Positions 59,901 through 64,000 of a stretch of DNA of 64,000 nt are shown here, piece by piece. The notes under the pieces were generated by a model that was not told where the DNA came from, ran no database searches, and saw only the letters and a program-made list of their open reading frames with translations. Every line of letters begins with the position of its first letter. Position 1 is the stretch's first letter. Origin of the DNA: Felis catus (Eukaryota); contig NC_058383.1 in the NCBI RefSeq assembly GCF_018350175.1, positions 14,448,001-14,512,000 of the forward strand, written 5' to 3'. The position numbers and the translations under genes were made by a program.

Positions 59901-61214
59901 GATAGGGCTGAGCACTGCAGACAGATTAAGGGGTTAAGAGTGCCCTTGGATTCGGCACAGGGCGCCATCCGTCACACTGGGGACAGTGGATTCAGGAGTA
60001 AGACAGGGCTGCACTGCGTTCAGGAGCGAGGTGACCGGGGAGTAAAGATGGGGAGCGTAAACTGCTCTGAAGCTTGACTGTATGGTTTTGGTATTGGATT
60101 TACTTTGTATTGCCTTTAGGGAAATAGAGACTTGGGCACATTTCGCACTGATCAGAAAGATCCAGCAGAGAGAGAGGGAGACCCTGCAGGTGTAAGGGGC
60201 AGAGAAAACCAGTGAGATAAAGCCCTGCGGGAAGAACAGGGCTGGAGGGGCCGATGTACAGGTGGAAGCCGCACCCCCCCTCCATAACAGGAGGAAGCGG
60301 GGAGCCAGGCAGGGCTGGAGGCGAAGTAATTTGGTGACAGAGGGTGGGGCGGCTTCCACCTGGTGGCTTCTGTTTGCTGTCATCAGCTGAACGTGAGGGG
60401 CGGTTGGAGGTTTGAGAACAGACAGGGAAGCTTGCAATTGTGGCAGCGGGGACCGAAGAGGGAGGCTTAGCTCCTCCGGCAGCATCCAGGGTCCTCCTGA
60501 GGACCTCTTTATGGCGACAACCAGTGTCTGTATGCTTTTCCTCCAATAGTAGTTTGGGTATGGGTCCAGAGAATGCAGACCGTCGGTCCCCTCCAAGATT
60601 GTGGCTTTGCCAGGAGGACGCAAAAGAAGGGACGTGGCGCAGAGGTTACAACAAGTGACACAGAAGGGCCTGTGAGCTGAAGAGGCACAGGAGAGCAAGG
60701 GAGGGCCAACGGCGGAGGCACAGTGTAGGCAGACTGCCAGGGTTCGGACCCCAGCCCAGCTACCATCCAGCTCGCCGATTCGCGCCTGGGTCTTAATTTA
60801 TAAAGGCGACTGCGTAATGACGCAGAGAGAGGTCAGTGCCACTGAGACAGAAGTGCTCTCTGTTCATAGTTCCCCAGGAATGAGAGGTTGTCCGCTCCAC
60901 ACGGGACCACCGCAGGAGGCACCAGGTTTGGTCAGGAGGCCGAGAGAGGGGTGACTGGGTTTCCACGGAGGGGGCAAGGCAGGACATTCAGCCGAGGACT
61001 GCCTACTTTGAATGACTCAGGCTGGCCTCGGGACAGAGGGGCTGTCCCTGGTTCCCCGATAGCTGAGCCCGGGAGATTTAGGGCCGGGGGAACACTGGCC
61101 TGGTGTAGGAGTTAGACAAGAAGGTGGTTCAGGGTATGGGCTCTGGTCCGCCGTGAAGACGGAAACAATCCTGGCTGTTAGTTTGGCTCTGTGATTAACG
61201 AACACCAAATAGAT

Positions 61215-61428
61215 ACACGATCTAAGACAACACAGTGAAGACACTGGGTGTCCCGGGGCAATTTGCTTAAACTCTCTTTGCCTCAGTTTCTTTGTTTCTG
61301 AAGTGAACAGCGTAACAGCACATAGCTCGTGGCGTCATTATGTGATTGAGTCAGTAATGAGTCAGTAAATGCCAAGTGCGTGGAACACGGTTAAGTGTTA
61401 GCTCGTTACTTTGTTATTATTTTATTAT
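61215..61428 (+). mobile_element. MIR
   Basis: gggcaatttgcttaaactctctttgcctcagtttctttgtttctgaagtg...aagtgttagctcgtta. Confidence 0.8.
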
Positions 61429-63341
61429 CCCAGGCATGAAGCGGCCTGAGGCCCTCTTTCCGGAACATGTTTAGTGGGAGAGAAGAAAAAAAGCCTGAGG
61501 TCAGAGTGGGTCACTCTGAATGCAGCCAGGGTGTAACCGCGGGACCAGGGGCTTGCCGCGGAGCAGGGAGGTCAGTGGAGAGAAGGAGGTGGGGACAGTC
61601 CTCCGCGCTGGTTCAGTACGCAGCTCACGAACGGGAACCACACGCGATGTCCCCGTGCACAGCCGGCGTTTTAGACCATCTGCTGCATCTGTGAAATAAT
61701 GGCACCGGCACAGAGTGTTATAAAATGAAGATGGGGGCTGGCCCTCCCTTGGAGGGTCAGGGCGGTGCTTTCTGGGGAGGGTCCCTGGGCCTCGGAAGGT
61801 GAGTGGGATCTGGATGGGCAGAGAGGACAGGAAAGGGAGCCTCTGCTATGGGCACAGGGCGGGTGGTCACTGAGGTTAGAACGGACGGGAGAACATGCGG
61901 TGAAGTCTAATGGGGATAACGGAGGAGGTGAGTCTGAACGTGGAGGCTTGAGCCACAGTAACAGATGGAAAGAGGAGTCCACAGAAAAACGGTTTGAGTG
62001 GACACAGGACGGTTTGATGAGACAGTCCCGAGGGTGGAGCCGTGTCTACGCGACCACACTCCCATCTCCATGCACACAGCTGGGAGAAAGGCTCCCCTTC
62101 TCCTCCCGGCTGTGCCCACAGGTGTCCAGATGGCCATCCGTCCATGCTTCTCTTCAGGCTGGTGTCTGTTCCACCACCAGAGGCTCTGACGCAGAGTAGT
62201 TGCCCAAGGAAGTCCTTGGGGACGGCTCGGCTCACTGCCACAGGTGAACGTGAACTCCCCGTTCCCTCTGCCATGGAGAGGAATAACCGTGAGCAGCCTG
62301 GAAACACTGAGACTCACCTACACTGCAGCACACAACTGGGACTGCAAGCAGGAAGGAAATGCTTTAAGCTCTTAAATGCTTCGTGAGCGTGCACAAAAAT
62401 CCTATTATCCCCGGTATCTATGCAAGAGCTCGGCGCACCAAACTTTCTGGGGCTCATAAAGCATCGTTCCTAGTTGCAACGTGGAGCTTCTCGTTTTTGC
62501 TCTATCTATTTGAACCTTCAGGTAATCTCATCAGAGGGGGACGCGCTCAGACAAGGCGAAGGAGAGGGTGGCTGATTGCGGGGAAGAACGCAGCCCTTTC
62601 CATGAATATCTCTCCGGCACCATTTGCTCTGAATAAGGATAATCATTTCTCGCAATCTGGAAACCATGTTATTTAGAAAATTAGGATAAGTGCAAAACAA
62701 AGCAAGAGTGGGGGAAAAAAATAACTTTCATCTTCGCATACAAGAACGCTGACAACAAGATAAATCAGGCGCCATTCTCCCCTGCGAGATTTGCATGAAC
62801 GTGATTTCTCGCGGTGGTTCTTCCACCAGTGATCGTTAATTTTTATATCGATCATTTCATCCGGCCCCTTGGCGAGGAAGGAGAGATCACGCAGGCTTGG
62901 CGTTGGCGATGGAAATCAAGCGTCTCTTCGGCTTGATTTTGCCTCTTGTGACACCTGTGTTTGTGGAGAGAAGGCTCTTCATATTCATATTCTCCGTATC
63001 TCAGATTTTATAGGCGGCCACGACCCCGAAACGAGAGCGGTTAGCCTGGGGTCCACACATCTCCGAGGAGTCTTGTGATAAAATCGAGGGGGGACTGTAA
63101 ACTTGGTCAGGAATGTAAAATACCTGTTTGTGTTCACTAATCTCCATCTGGCAGTGGTGCTACGGGTCTGCGTACTATCAGCCGAACCCGGGTTATTGTC
63201 TCCAGTGCTAATCACAGACCTGTACACGTCATGTCCCAGTTCTTTGTGGACGTCTTGAAATCCTCCTGTCTGCGTACAAATTTATGATAGTCGTTAAACC
63301 CACACTGGATCTTGTTCCTGAAAGTGTTAAAGAATCACATG

Positions 63342-63695
63342 GGGGCGCCTGGGGGGCTCAGTCGGTGAAGCATCCAACTCTTGTTTCAGCTCAGGTCATG
63401 ATCTCATGGTTCGTGGGTTCGAGCCCCGCGTCAGGCTGCATGCGCACAGCGTGGCGGGCACGGCATGTGTATTTTAATGAGCTTAGAGAATCCACTTATC
63501 TGGAGCTTCGTAGAGATCTGAAAACGTTTGTGCCACGGACACCTGTGCAGTCTGGTGAAGCCTACGGAGCCCTTCTCAGAATACAAATGCTTCAATAAAA
63601 CAAAATGCACAGAATTACAAAGGAAACTAGTTTTCTCTATGCCTCTCTCTCTCTCAAAATAAATAAACTTTAAAAAAACAAAACAAAACAACAAC
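63342..63695 (+). mobile_element. Can-SINE split by a 176-bp insert (63455-63630) that includes a hAT-Charlie (Charlie18a-like) end
   Basis: SINE 5' half runs to 63454 and the CT/aataaa tail starts at 63631. The insert has tttgtgccacggac..gcagtctggtgaagcctacgga.cccttctcagaata. Confidence 0.75.
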
Positions 63696-63760
63696 TCCCC
63701 AGATGATGAGAGTGCAGCCAGCCCGTGTCAGAGGTCTGTTATTTAGAAATCTCTGACTTA

Positions 63761-63979
63761 GGGACGCCTGGATGGCTCAGTCGGTTAAGCATCTGACTTC
63801 CGCTCTGGTCACGATCTCGCAGTTCATGGGTTTGAGCCCCGTGTCAGGCTTTGTGCTGACAGCTCAGAGCCTGGAGCCTGCTTCCGATTCTGTGTCTTTC
63901 TCTCTCTCTCTCTGCCCTTTCCCTCACTTGTGCTCTCTTTCTCTAAAATAAATAAACATTAAAAAAAGAAAAAGAAAAA
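63761..63979 (+). mobile_element. Can-SINE
   Basis: TSD-like agaa..ctct.actta at 63745-63760 and 63980-63995. Confidence 0.95.
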
Positions 63980-64000
63980 AGAAGCCTCTTACTTAGATCA

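Larger units (their letters stand above)
6482..64000 (+). other. GALNT17: GALNT17 intron downstream of the exon (>57 kb, continues past the window)
   Basis: The next expected peptide (VWLCGGSMEVLPCSRVAH...) was not found by eye. The orthologous human intron is very long. Confidence 0.75.

Noticed and set aside
59934..60698. 254-aa minus ORF
   Set aside because: No recognisable domain, and it partly overlaps L2-like sequence.

Overview
Mammalian nuclear DNA from a felid, judged from about 30 tRNA-derived Can-SINEs of feline type and two young carnivore L1s. The window lies inside the + strand gene GALNT17 (WBSCR17). I found one coding exon of 118 nt (6364-6481). It encodes (R)TPAMIGCSFVVNRKFFGEIGLLDPGMDVYGGENIELGIK, the Gal/GalNAc-T motif region, and is probably exon 6. 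The ORF track misses it because its stand-alone ORF is under 60 aa. Everything else is intron: nested SINE, L1, L2, MIR, MaLR/ERV LTR and hAT/Tigger fossils, microsatellites, short tandem duplications and several repeat-poor, motif-rich blocks that may be enhancers. I see no new multi-gene system. The most unusual items are micro-scale. They are a locally templated copy of a SINE 3' half plus its flank with snap-back scars (11485-11708), an ancient DNA-transposon fragment inside a much younger SINE (63342-63695), a tailless SINE with an 18-bp TSD (42326-42563), an in-frame candidate cassette exon or recursive splice site (2081-2179), and six very young SINEs that may be polymorphic. Gene and repeat family names come from recalled consensus sequences, not database searches.
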